Source: a bacterium (GTDB lineage Bacteria > Desulfobacterota > S145-22). Taken from it: a DNA stretch of 50,388 nt. The translations under genes and the position numbers were made by a program. Positions 8,852-17,669 of the stretch are shown here, one piece after another. The stretch's first letter is position 1. The number at the start of each line of letters is the position of its first letter. The stretch is from positions 24,031 through 74,418 of the forward strand of contig JAOZMY010000001.1 of the NCBI GenBank assembly GCA_029934085.1. Reading direction: 5' to 3'. The notes under the pieces are model-generated. The model was not told where the DNA came from and did not search any database. It saw only the letters and a list, made by a program, of their open reading frames with translations.

Positions 8852-8860
8852 GGGGGTACG

Positions 8861-11137
8861 ATGATAACCAAGGTCGTTGGGAAACGGGTTGAGCGTGTCG
8901 GAATTCTTGACAAGGTTACGGGAAAGGCAAAATACGGTGCGGATCTCGAGATCCCGAATGCGCTAATCCTTAAGGTTTATCGTAGTCCCGTTCCTCACGG
9001 GATCGTTCGGAAGATAGATACCTCGGAGGCCGCTGGTGTCGATGGGGTTGTTAGGATCTTCACGGCAAAGGATATTCCAGGTGAGAACCTCTACGGCATC
9101 ATCAACAAGGACCAACCCGTCCTTACGGGGGAGAAAGTCCGTTTTGAAGGGGATCCAATTGTCCTGGTGGCCGCAGAGGATGAGGAGAGCGCGGATAGGG
9201 CCCTGGCCGCCCTACGAGTGGAAATCGATGAATTGCCGGCGGTTTTTGATCCCAACGAGGCCCTGAAACCGGAGGCCCCTTCCATCCATGAAAAGGGAAA
9301 CCTCCTCTTCGAGCGAAAGATCGTCAAGGGGGATGTGGAGAAAGGCTTTACCGCCTCGGATATCGTCATCGAGGAAACCTACGAGACGAATATGCTGGAA
9401 CACGCCTACATCGAACCCGAAGTGGGTGTGGCCTATAGGGACGAGGATGGATGTGTTGTCGTCTTGGTAACCACTCAAAACCCCCACTCCGATCATGCCC
9501 AGCTTGTTTCGATCTTGGGGGTGGAGCCGGAAAAGGTCCGTGTCATCCAAACGGAGACTGGTGGCGGATTTGGAGGAAAGCTTGATATTTCCGTCCAGCC
9601 CTTTCTTGCCCTGGCTGCCTACCATCTGGATCGGCCGGTCCGGATGGTTTACAGTCGAGAAGAATCTTTCCAGGCCACGGCGAAACGCCATCCTCTGAAG
9701 ATCCGAATGAAGACGGGGGCCACCCGGGACGGAAAACTCACGGCAATGAAAGCGGAGATCATCGCGGACACGGGGGCTTACGGCTCTTATGGGATCGCGG
9801 TGGCAACGCGAGCGGCCGTCCACGCGACGGGGCCCTACGAGGTCCCAAATGTTTATGTGGAAAGCAAGGCGGTCTATACCAACAATAACTGGTCGGGGGC
9901 CATGCGGGGGTTTGGAGTGCCTCAAATCGCCGTTGCCCACGAGTCTCAGATGGACAAGCTGGCGGAAAGCCTCGGTTTTGACCCGATTACCTTCCGTATG
10001 ATGAATGCCTTCACGACAGGGTCCGTTACCCCGACGGGCCAGACGCTGAACGCGAGTGTGGGTATTCGGGAGACCTTGAAGAAGATTCGTCCGTATTACG
10101 AGCAATTACTCCGTGAGGCTGATGCGACGCAGCTTTCGGGCCTCACCGGCATGAAATACGGAGTGGGTGTTGCCTCCATGTGGTATGGGATAGGAAATAC
10201 CGGACATCCCAACCCCTCCAGCGCCCAGATCGAGGTGGACCACGAAGGAAATGTGACCCTTTTCACGGGTGCGGCAGACATCGGACAGGGATCGGATACG
10301 GTATTGGTGCAGATTGCGGCGGAAACCCTTGGCCTCCCCTTCGATAAAATTCACCTGGTTCGGGCCGATACAACCCTGACCACGGACGCCGGCGCCACTT
10401 CCGCCTCCCGCCAGACATATATCTCCGGTAGGGCGGTTTATGAAGCAGCCCTTGAAGTCAGAAAACAGCTTGTTGAAAGGGCGGCTAAGGTTTTCAAGGT
10501 TCCCGCGAACCTTATGGTGTGCGAGGGAGGTTTTTTCTTTCCTCAATATCGGGAATTCCAGAAATTATCCCTCACGGATATCATCCGGCGTAGTTTGGTA
10601 CCGGGGGAGGTAATCCGAGGAGAGGGATATTTCAACCCCGAAACAACCTCTCTCGATCCGGAAACGGGTCAAGGTGTTCCTTACACGACCTATGCCTTTG
10701 CGTCTCAGGTCAGCCTCGTGGAGGTGGACCTGGTCACGGGACAAGTTGGGGTCGTGAAGACGATCAGCGCACACGACGTAGGGAAGGCCGTCAATCCCGC
10801 CAATGTGGAAGGGCAGATCTTCAGCGGCGTTGCCATGGGGATCGGTATGGGGTTGTTCGAACAGTTCTATCCGAGAAAGACAAAGTCGCTCGATACGTAT
10901 TTGATTCCTACGGCCATGGATGTCCCGGAGATAACGCCGGTTATCGTGGAAGTTCCCGAGCCCACGGGTCCTTTTGGTGCTAAAGGGGTGGGAGAACCCG
11001 CCCTGATTCCCACGGCCCCCGCCATCCTGAATGCCATCCATCATGCGACGGGATGGTGGGTCAATCGAATTCCAGCGGATTTGGAAACTATAAGGGGATT
11101 AACATCGGCGGATGAGATGGAAAAATCTAAAAGCTGA
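8861..11137 (+). CDS. Xanthine dehydrogenase-family Mo-hydroxylase, molybdopterin-binding large subunit (single chain)
   Basis: This 758-aa protein has ETGGGFGGKLD and a C-terminal GAKGVGEPAL (catalytic Glu motif). It lacks the CODH active-site loop (AYxCSFR), so it is a hydroxylase rather than a CO dehydrogenase. Confidence 0.9.
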   Translation: MITKVVGKRVERVGILDKVTGKAKYGADLEIPNALILKVYRSPVPHGIVRKIDTSEAAGVDGVVRIFTAKDIPGENLYGIINKDQPVLTGEKVRFEGDPIVLVAAEDEESADRALAALRVEIDELPAVFDPNEALKPEAPSIHEKGNLLFERKIVKGDVEKGFTASDIVIEETYETNMLEHAYIEPEVGVAYRDEDGCVVVLVTTQNPHSDHAQLVSILGVEPEKVRVIQTETGGGFGGKLDISVQPFLALAAYHLDRPVRMVYSREESFQATAKRHPLKIRMKTGATRDGKLTAMKAEIIADTGAYGSYGIAVATRAAVHATGPYEVPNVYVESKAVYTNNNWSGAMRGFGVPQIAVAHESQMDKLAESLGFDPITFRMMNAFTTGSVTPTGQTLNASVGIRETLKKIRPYYEQLLREADATQLSGLTGMKYGVGVASMWYGIGNTGHPNPSSAQIEVDHEGNVTLFTGAADIGQGSDTVLVQIAAETLGLPFDKIHLVRADTTLTTDAGATSASRQTYISGRAVYEAALEVRKQLVERAAKVFKVPANLMVCEGGFFFPQYREFQKLSLTDIIRRSLVPGEVIRGEGYFNPETTSLDPETGQGVPYTTYAFASQVSLVEVDLVTGQVGVVKTISAHDVGKAVNPANVEGQIFSGVAMGIGMGLFEQFYPRKTKSLDTYLIPTAMDVPEITPVIVEVPEPTGPFGAKGVGEPALIPTAPAILNAIHHATGWWVNRIPADLETIRGLTSADEMEKSKS

Positions 11138-11213
11138 AGTCTGGAGTCTAAAGATCCTTTCGGGCTTCGGGCTATAAAAGTCTTCAACCTAAATTTATGT
11201 TTGGAGGTGTGTC

Positions 11214-12365
11214 ATGGGAAAGGTGCTCATACGGAATATAGGTACGCTCGTGTCCGGAGACGTTTCGGATCCGATCCTGGATGCGGATTCAATTCTCATC
11301 TCGGATGGTAAGATCGAGGCCGTTGGGACGGATCTCTCCGCTGAAGGTGTGGACATCATCGTCGATGCCCAAGGGACGACCGTAACCCCGGGGTTGATGG
11401 ATTCTCACTGCCACGTGGTCATAGGAGACTTCACACCGAGGCAAAGGATGCTCGATTTCCTGGAGAGCGAGCTCCACGGGGGTGTCACCCAGGTCATATC
11501 AGCGGGTGAAGTTCACCTGCCCGGTCGTCCCAAGGATGCGGCCGGTGTCAAGGCGCTGGCGATCCTGGCGGCGAAGGCGTTCAACAATTTCAGGCCCGGC
11601 GGGATCAAGGTGCGCGGTGGTGGCTTGATTCTGGAACCTGGATTGACGGAAGAGGATTTTGCCGAAATGGCTCGGGAAGGGGTCAAAACCGTGGGCGAGA
11701 TCGGGCTTGGAAAGGTGAAAAAACCGGAAGAGGCGGCGCCGATGGTGGAGTGGGCCAAGAAGTATGGCATGACCGTGATGATGCACACGGGGGGAACCTC
11801 TATCCCGGGGAGTTCTGTGGTGACGGCGGACCAGGTCATTGCCACGAATCCCGACGTGGTCTCCCATCTTAACGGGGGACCAACCTCAGTATCTCCTGAA
11901 GAGGCCCGGAAGATCGTTATGGAAACGGACTTGGTCTACGAGATTTCACATTGCGGGAATCCGAAGATGATTTTGGAGGTTTGCCGACTTACCAGGGAAA
12001 AGAATGCCTATCACCGTGTGATTATTGGAAACGACCACCCCTCTGGGACCGGAGTCGTTCCCCTTGGGATCCTCAGGGTCTTGAATATGATTGCCTCCAT
12101 CGGAGAGATTCCGCCCGAAATCGCCGTCTGTATGGCAACGGGGAATACGGCCCGGGTTCATAAGCTGGATAGCGGTTTCATCGAGCCGGGGAAAGCTGCT
12201 GACCTTGTCATCATGGATGCCCCCATGGGCTCCGTGGGTGACGATGCCCTTTCTGCCCTCGAGGCTGGGGATATCCCGGGCGTGTCCAAAGTCATCGTGG
12301 ATGGGGAAATCAAGGTTCAGAAGAGCAGGAACACCCCGCCCCCCAAGCGTGCCGCAACGCTGTAA
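11214..12365 (+). CDS. Amidohydrolase-superfamily enzyme, enamidase-like (cyclic enamide/amide C-N hydrolase)
   Basis: This 383-aa protein has the N-terminal sandwich ILISDGKIEAVG. The metal motif is TVTPGLMDSHCHV (HxH). It also has HTGGTSIPGSS and SHLNGGPT. Its size and its position next to an Hnr-like FeS protein and a Mo-hydroxylase match enamidase of the nicotinate fermentation pathway. The family call is firm; the enamidase subfamily is an inference. Confidence 0.7.
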   Translation: MGKVLIRNIGTLVSGDVSDPILDADSILISDGKIEAVGTDLSAEGVDIIVDAQGTTVTPGLMDSHCHVVIGDFTPRQRMLDFLESELHGGVTQVISAGEVHLPGRPKDAAGVKALAILAAKAFNNFRPGGIKVRGGGLILEPGLTEEDFAEMAREGVKTVGEIGLGKVKKPEEAAPMVEWAKKYGMTVMMHTGGTSIPGSSVVTADQVIATNPDVVSHLNGGPTSVSPEEARKIVMETDLVYEISHCGNPKMILEVCRLTREKNAYHRVIIGNDHPSGTGVVPLGILRVLNMIASIGEIPPEIAVCMATGNTARVHKLDSGFIEPGKAADLVIMDAPMGSVGDDALSALEAGDIPGVSKVIVDGEIKVQKSRNTPPPKRAATL

Positions 12366-12383
12366 AAGATGTAGGAATGCCAC

Positions 12384-13913
12384 GTGAAGGTCAACCCGGA
12401 AAAGTGTAAAGGGTGTGGATTCTGCGTTGAGGTGTGTCCCCTGGAGCTTGTTTCTCTCCAGGAAAAGGTTGCATCCATCTCCACGGGATGTGTTCAGTGT
12501 CAAGCGTGTGTGAAGGTTTGTCCCGCGGGGGCTATCGATAGTGATACCAGTTTTCCGGAGGGAACGATTCAATGTGATGCCTGTCCTATTGGGTGTCACA
12601 TCCCTCCTGGAAAGACGGGCGCATGTAGGCGGTACATCAACAGGGATGGCGAGTTGGTAAGGACAACTCTCCTTCATACCTATCAGGATGTCGAAGGGCT
12701 TCTCAAACCTCTTTGGGCAGAGGAGATCCAGTCTCCTCTCATTACGGGGATCGGGGCTGGAACGACCTATCCGGACTACCGTCCCGCCCCCTTTATCGTA
12801 AAAGGCGAGGCCGGGGGTGTGGATGTGGTTACGGCTGTGACGGAGGCCCCTCTCAGTTACAGTGGCGTCAAGGTAAAGATCGACACGGATGAACCAATCG
12901 GAGATGAGGGGGCGACGGTTTATCACGGGCGCCACAAGGTGGGACATGTCACTACGGAAGAATACGGGTCAAAGATGCTCTCTCTTGGGGGTGCCAATCT
13001 TCTGACTGGGAAGGATGGGTTTGTCGTTGCCCGGGTGGTTTCAGATATTGCCAACAAAAGGGAAGTGACACTCAAGGTTAAAGATGGCGCGGAGCTGGTC
13101 CTCAAGGTGGGGAATCCTCCGGTCATCGACGGCCGGGTCATCGAAAAGATGCGTGTGGGGTGTGGCAGCGCCTCTATGGGGTTATTCGCCCCGCATTTTC
13201 GCCATGCCGCCGACGAGGTGATCGTTATCGACTCCCATGTAACGGGTGTCTTTACCGAGCACACGGCGGGGAGATATCTCGGGATTCCTTTTAGCGGGGT
13301 CCAGTTGAAGTTCAAGAAGAGTACACCCGGGAGATATTTTGGGGATCACGGCAAGGGCTGGGGTGGAACCAGTATCGAGGATCCCGTCTCTCTGATTAAA
13401 GGTATCGATCCTGACCATGGCAGGGTTGGGATGACCATCCTCTTTACCGAGACCACCGGTCAAAAATCCAAGCTGGTTCGTTGGAAGGGGAACTTGGATT
13501 TTGAAGAAATTCCTTTGACGGAAGGGGCCCGAAATGCCGTGGAGCAGATTCGGAAAACGAGCCAAAACTCCCGTGTCTCGGCGGTCTACGTGGGCGGCTG
13601 CGGCGGAAGCGCCCGTGTCAGTGTGGTACTCTATCCTGTGAAACTCACCGAAGCCGTTCATGCGCGGAAGGTGAAACTGACAGTAGGAGGCGCAACCCCC
13701 TTCATCTTTCCAGGGGGCGGGATTACCTTCATGGTTGACGTGGAAGAGGTTAAAACGGGTGCTTTTACATGGGTTCCAACACCGGCAACCGTTGCCCCTC
13801 TCGAGTTTACCATGACATTGCGGGACTACGAGGGGATGGGAGGCTATACGGAAGCACTCATTGATTGGGATGATTTGATGAAGTGGCTTTCCGAACGGAA
13901 GGAAGGGGAATAG
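12384..13913 (+). CDS. FeS protein with N-terminal 2x[4Fe-4S] ferredoxin domain, 6-hydroxynicotinate reductase (Hnr)-like
   Basis: GTG start. CKGCGFCVEVCP and CVQCQACVKVCP are two 4Fe-4S motifs. An extra Cys cluster follows (CDACPIGCH...GAC). About 400 aa follow that carry no motif I can name. The architecture, size and context are consistent with Hnr (covalent flavin, one 2Fe-2S, two 4Fe-4S) as described for Eubacterium barkeri. Confidence 0.55.
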   Translation: MKVNPEKCKGCGFCVEVCPLELVSLQEKVASISTGCVQCQACVKVCPAGAIDSDTSFPEGTIQCDACPIGCHIPPGKTGACRRYINRDGELVRTTLLHTYQDVEGLLKPLWAEEIQSPLITGIGAGTTYPDYRPAPFIVKGEAGGVDVVTAVTEAPLSYSGVKVKIDTDEPIGDEGATVYHGRHKVGHVTTEEYGSKMLSLGGANLLTGKDGFVVARVVSDIANKREVTLKVKDGAELVLKVGNPPVIDGRVIEKMRVGCGSASMGLFAPHFRHAADEVIVIDSHVTGVFTEHTAGRYLGIPFSGVQLKFKKSTPGRYFGDHGKGWGGTSIEDPVSLIKGIDPDHGRVGMTILFTETTGQKSKLVRWKGNLDFEEIPLTEGARNAVEQIRKTSQNSRVSAVYVGGCGGSARVSVVLYPVKLTEAVHARKVKLTVGGATPFIFPGGGITFMVDVEEVKTGAFTWVPTPATVAPLEFTMTLRDYEGMGGYTEALIDWDDLMKWLSERKEGE

Positions 13914-13927
13914 CTGGGGTTGTGTCG

Positions 13928-14821
13928 ATGATACGCGAGCGAACCTGTGTTTCTTCCAATGATGTGTCCAGAGACATTCCCGAAAGAATCTTCTCTGCCG
14001 ATGTTCGAGTTTCCTATGGCCCCATGGAGATCGGAATTCAGGTGAACGGAACGGAAAGGGGTGTGCGGAAATCCTGTGAAGATGTAGATAAAAAGGCCCG
14101 CCTGCTTCTGGATGACGTTAAAAGGTTTCATCCCCTGCTGAAGTTGCGGGGTGAGGAGTTGAGGGTAAAATCACGCTGGCCACGAGTGGTTCAGAGGATG
14201 GTGGAAGCCGTTCAAGTTGTTTCAGCGGAAACATTGACTCCCATGGCTGCCGTGGCAGGGGCCATTTCCGATGAACTACTCTTGGATTTGCAAGACGCGG
14301 CGGATGGTTTTTTAACAAAGGTCCTCGTGAACAACGGAGGGGACATGGCCCTTTTTTCACCCGATGAACCAGTGCGTGTGGGAATCCGAGGCGCGGTGCC
14401 TGAAGGAATGTCCATGCGTGAAGTGCTGATTTCGGAGGTGGATGAGCCGTATGGCCTTGCGACGAGTGGGTGGCGTGGAAGGAGCTTTAGTCAGGGTATC
14501 GCCGATGCCGTGGTCGTGGCGGCCGACTCGGGGGCTTTGGCAGACGCGGCGGCCACGTTTGTCGGGAACTACGTGAAGGAGGAAGGGCACGGAAGGGTTC
14601 GGCGCCGAAAGGCTTCAGAACTTGATCCCATGACGGATATTCCAAACCTCATGGTTACCGTTTCCTGTGATCAGCTAAGTGAAGATGAAAAACTGACTGC
14701 TCTTGAAAACGGTGGTGCCATGGCGTCTTCCCTCTTGGGTAGGGGGATTATATGGGGCGCGGGGATCTATCTGCAGGGAGAGTCGATGGAATTGTCAAAA
14801 GGTGTCATAAACTTTAAATAA
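13928..14821 (+). CDS. UPF0280-family protein (ApbE-like fold)
   Basis: It carries the motif LATSGWRGRSFSQGIADAVVVAADSGALADAAATFVGN. This resembles the UPF0280 signature and echoes the ATSG motif of ApbE flavin transferases. The start is ambiguous: GTG 13883 in the ORF track overlaps the upstream gene, and GTG 13922 and ATG 13928 follow GGAAGGGGAA. Confidence 0.6.
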   Translation: MIRERTCVSSNDVSRDIPERIFSADVRVSYGPMEIGIQVNGTERGVRKSCEDVDKKARLLLDDVKRFHPLLKLRGEELRVKSRWPRVVQRMVEAVQVVSAETLTPMAAVAGAISDELLLDLQDAADGFLTKVLVNNGGDMALFSPDEPVRVGIRGAVPEGMSMREVLISEVDEPYGLATSGWRGRSFSQGIADAVVVAADSGALADAAATFVGNYVKEEGHGRVRRRKASELDPMTDIPNLMVTVSCDQLSEDEKLTALENGGAMASSLLGRGIIWGAGIYLQGESMELSKGVINFK

Positions 14822-14834
14822 TTAAAGGAGGTGC

Positions 14835-15416
14835 ATGATGGAGATTCGAAAGATGGTAACGGTCGTGGACGAGATTCGTGAAGAGATGGGACAGAAGGTG
14901 GATCCTCCGCATCGAAAGGCGGCGGCCATCGCTGTGATCAAGAATCCTTTTGCGGGGAAATATCAGGAGGATCTTTCCGATTTGATGGATATCGGAGAAC
15001 AACTGGGAAGTATGCTGGGAGAACTTGCCGTAAAGGCCCTCGGGATTCCCAAAGAGAAATCCGAAAGCTATGGGAAGGGGGCCATTGTTGGATTGAATGG
15101 TGAGCTTGAGCACGCTGCCGCCATCCTTCATCCCAAGCTGGGCAAACCCTTCCGGGAAGCCCTTGGGGGCGGGAAGGCGATCATCCCTTCCGCCAAGAAA
15201 ATGGGTGGTCCGGGAACCCCCCTCGATGTTCCGCTACACTTCAAGGATGCCGCTTTCGTGCGGTCTCATTTCGATGCCATGGAGATCCGTGTTCAGGATG
15301 CACCACGGGATGACGAGATTGTGGTTGCCTTGGTAGTGACCGATTCCGGCCGTCCTTTGGCCAGGGTCGGTGGCCTGAAAAAAGAAGAGGCAAAATGTGA
15401 GGATGGCCTGAGATAA
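14835..15416 (+). CDS. 'Amino acid synthesis' family protein (PF06684/DUF1185-like), function unknown
   Basis: This 193-aa protein has MEIRKMVTVVDEIREE...AAAIAVIKNPFAG...YGKGAIVGLNGELEHAAAILHPKLG...DAPRDDEIVVALVVTDSGRPLARVGG. This matches my recollection of the family consensus. An AAGGAGG RBS is present. Confidence 0.75.
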   Translation: MMEIRKMVTVVDEIREEMGQKVDPPHRKAAAIAVIKNPFAGKYQEDLSDLMDIGEQLGSMLGELAVKALGIPKEKSESYGKGAIVGLNGELEHAAAILHPKLGKPFREALGGGKAIIPSAKKMGGPGTPLDVPLHFKDAAFVRSHFDAMEIRVQDAPRDDEIVVALVVTDSGRPLARVGGLKKEEAKCEDGLR

Positions 15417-15423
15417 CAATAGA

Positions 15424-15463
15424 GCTCCCGGGTAAGTTTACTTCTCCGGGAGCCTATATTTTT
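15424..15463 (+). terminator. Rho-independent terminator closing the catabolic operon
   Basis: The stem is GCTCCCGG (15424-15431) paired with CCGGGAGC (15446-15453). The loop is 14 nt and is followed by CTATATTTTTA. It lies 8 nt after the stop codon of the last gene. Confidence 0.85.
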
Positions 15464-15560
15464 ATCAATTTTCTACTCTTTTTTTATACATATTACCCAT
15501 AAATCCTTTAGACTTTTGGAAATACCGGAATAGAAAATAGGCATTTTTCATTTTATTCAA

Positions 15561-15588
15561 TTGACATTTTAGGAATAAGGTTTATAAT
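15561..15588 (+). promoter_or_regulatory. Near-consensus sigma70 promoter (TTGACA-16 nt-TATAAT) for the EF-G/birA/coaX unit
   Basis: TTGACA lies at 15561-15566 and TATAAT at 15583-15588. An A/T-rich UP-like tract precedes them (15455-15560). Confidence 0.7.
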
Positions 15589-15629
15589 ATCCAAAACTAA
15601 TTGGTTTCATATTGAGATACGGACCAGAA

Positions 15630-17660
15630 ATGAAGAAGGGCCTGAAAAACATACGAAATATCGGGATCATTGCCCATATCGACGCGGGGAAAACTACCGT
15701 GTCGGAGAGGATGCTTTATTATACGGGTAAGATTCACAAAATGGGCGAGGTCCACGATGGGGATACGGCGTTGGACTGGATGGCCCAGGAGCAGGAACGG
15801 GGGATTACCATTACCTCCGCTGTCACAAACTTTTTTTGGCGGGATTGCGAGATCCACCTTATCGATACCCCGGGGCACGTGGATTTTACCATTGAAGTCG
15901 AGCGTTCCCTGAGGGTCTTGGATGGGGCCGTTGTCGTGTTTTGCGGGGTGGGAGGGGTGGAACCCCAATCCGAGACGGTGTGGCACCAAGCGGATAAATA
16001 TCGAGTCCCTCGCATTGCCTTTATCAATAAGATGGACAGGATAGGGGCCGATTTCGATCACGTTATTTCCATGATGGAGGAGAGGTTTAATACGCCACCT
16101 GTGATTTTGCAGAGGCCCATTGGAGTTGAAAGCGCCTTCAAAGGTGTGGTGGACCTGGTGAGGCAAAAGGCGATTGTCTGGTCGGAGGACGGCCTGGGTA
16201 ACGAGTACGAGGTGGCGGAAATCCCTCAGGACATGAAAGAGGAAGTGGCTGCTTACCGTGAGAAGCTTCTTGAGGCGGTAGCCGAGGCGGACGATGAACT
16301 GATGGAGCGTTATTTGGAAGAAGGGGACCTCCCTGAAGGGGATATCCTTAAGGCCCTCCGAAAACGAACCCTCAACATGGAAATCGTTCCCGTCCTTTGT
16401 GGCTCTGCTCTGAAAAATAAGGGTGTCCAACCTTTGATGGATGCTATCGTGGATTTTCTGCCTTCTCCTTTAGAGGTTCCCCCCATTTCAGGGGTGGATC
16501 CCGAGACGGGGGAGACCATTACCCGGCCGCCGGACATCAAGGCGCCATTTTCGGCCCTCGTTTTTAAGGTCATGATGGATCAGGGGAGAAAGTTGTGTTT
16601 TGTCCGTGTCTATTCGGGACAGGTCAAAGTGGGGGAAGAACTCTATAATCTGAATCTGAGGACAAAGGAAAAGGTTGCCCGTATCCTGGAGATCCATGCC
16701 AACCATCGTAAGCGAATCGATACGGCAAAGGCGGGTGATATTGTCGGTGTCATTGGGCTGAAGAGGTCTTCCACGGGGAACACCCTTTGCGACGCCTCAG
16801 ACCCTATTTTACTGGAGCCCATCGACAGCTATGAACCCGTGATTTCCGTGGCCATCGAGACGGTCTCCAATCAGGAGGCGGAGCGGGTTCAGGAAGTCCT
16901 GACCCAGATCATGGAGGAAGATCCCACGTTTCAGGTCAAAACGGACGAGGAAACGGGTCAAGTGGTCATTTCGGGTATGGGGGAGCTCCACTTGAACGTG
17001 GTGACCACCCGATTGATGGAGGATTATGGCCTGAAGGTTCACGTGGGACGTCCCCAGGTCGTTTATCGAGAGACGATTACCCGATCTGTCAAGTCTACGG
17101 GGGTTTTTGACCGTGAAATGGCAGGCATGCATGGGTTTGCCACCGTTACGATAGAGATGAGCCCCGCGGAGAGGGGAACGGGAAATCACTATACGGACAG
17201 GGAGGTAGAAGAAATTCTCCCGCCGGAATATCGTCAGGTGGTCCGAGAAGGGATTATGGATGCCTTGTCTTTCGGCCCCCTTTCCGGGAGCCCGATGATC
17301 GATGTTGATGTAATTTTGAAAGATGTAAAATGGGAGGAAAACGATCATGCGATTTCATCGCTGCGTATTGCAGCCGCAACAGCCGTAAGGGAGGGAACTC
17401 AGCGGGCGGAGATCATTCTTCTGGAGCCCATCATGGAGCTTGACATCCTCACGCCGGAGGAGTTCGTCGGAGAAGTTATTTCAGATATTAACAGCCGGAA
17501 AGGTGAAGTTCACAGCCTTGAAAACAAAGGGAAAATTACACTGATCCAGGCGCGCGTGCCCTTGAAGCAACTTTTTGGATATTCAACGACGTTACGTTCG
17601 CTAACCCAAGGGAGAGGAAACTTTACCATGCGCTATTTCCGGCATGACCAAATCACATAG
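15630..17660 (+). CDS. fusA: Elongation factor G paralog (standalone, outside an rpsL-rpsG-fusA-tuf context)
   Basis: Motifs include [42 protein letters not shown] and NKMDR, and domains II-V are present. The ATG at 15630 gives the usual 8 residues before RNIGI; the ORF-track TTG at 15612 has no SD. Confidence 0.9.
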   Translation: MKKGLKNIRNIGIIAHIDAGKTTVSERMLYYTGKIHKMGEVHDGDTALDWMAQEQERGITITSAVTNFFWRDCEIHLIDTPGHVDFTIEVERSLRVLDGAVVVFCGVGGVEPQSETVWHQADKYRVPRIAFINKMDRIGADFDHVISMMEERFNTPPVILQRPIGVESAFKGVVDLVRQKAIVWSEDGLGNEYEVAEIPQDMKEEVAAYREKLLEAVAEADDELMERYLEEGDLPEGDILKALRKRTLNMEIVPVLCGSALKNKGVQPLMDAIVDFLPSPLEVPPISGVDPETGETITRPPDIKAPFSALVFKVMMDQGRKLCFVRVYSGQVKVGEELYNLNLRTKEKVARILEIHANHRKRIDTAKAGDIVGVIGLKRSSTGNTLCDASDPILLEPIDSYEPVISVAIETVSNQEAERVQEVLTQIMEEDPTFQVKTDEETGQVVISGMGELHLNVVTTRLMEDYGLKVHVGRPQVVYRETITRSVKSTGVFDREMAGMHGFATVTIEMSPAERGTGNHYTDREVEEILPPEYRQVVREGIMDALSFGPLSGSPMIDVDVILKDVKWEENDHAISSLRIAAATAVREGTQRAEIILLEPIMELDILTPEEFVGEVISDINSRKGEVHSLENKGKITLIQARVPLKQLFGYSTTLRSLTQGRGNFTMRYFRHDQIT

Positions 17661-17669
17661 GAGGAAAAT

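Noticed and set aside
7476-11137. Annotating the three-subunit Mo enzyme as aerobic CO dehydrogenase (CoxSML), the common automatic label.
   Set aside because: The large subunit lacks the CODH active-site loop (AYxCSFR). It has the XDH/aldehyde-oxidoreductase-type GGGFGGK and C-terminal GVGE motifs. The context (enamidase-like, Hnr-like) points to heterocycle hydroxylation.
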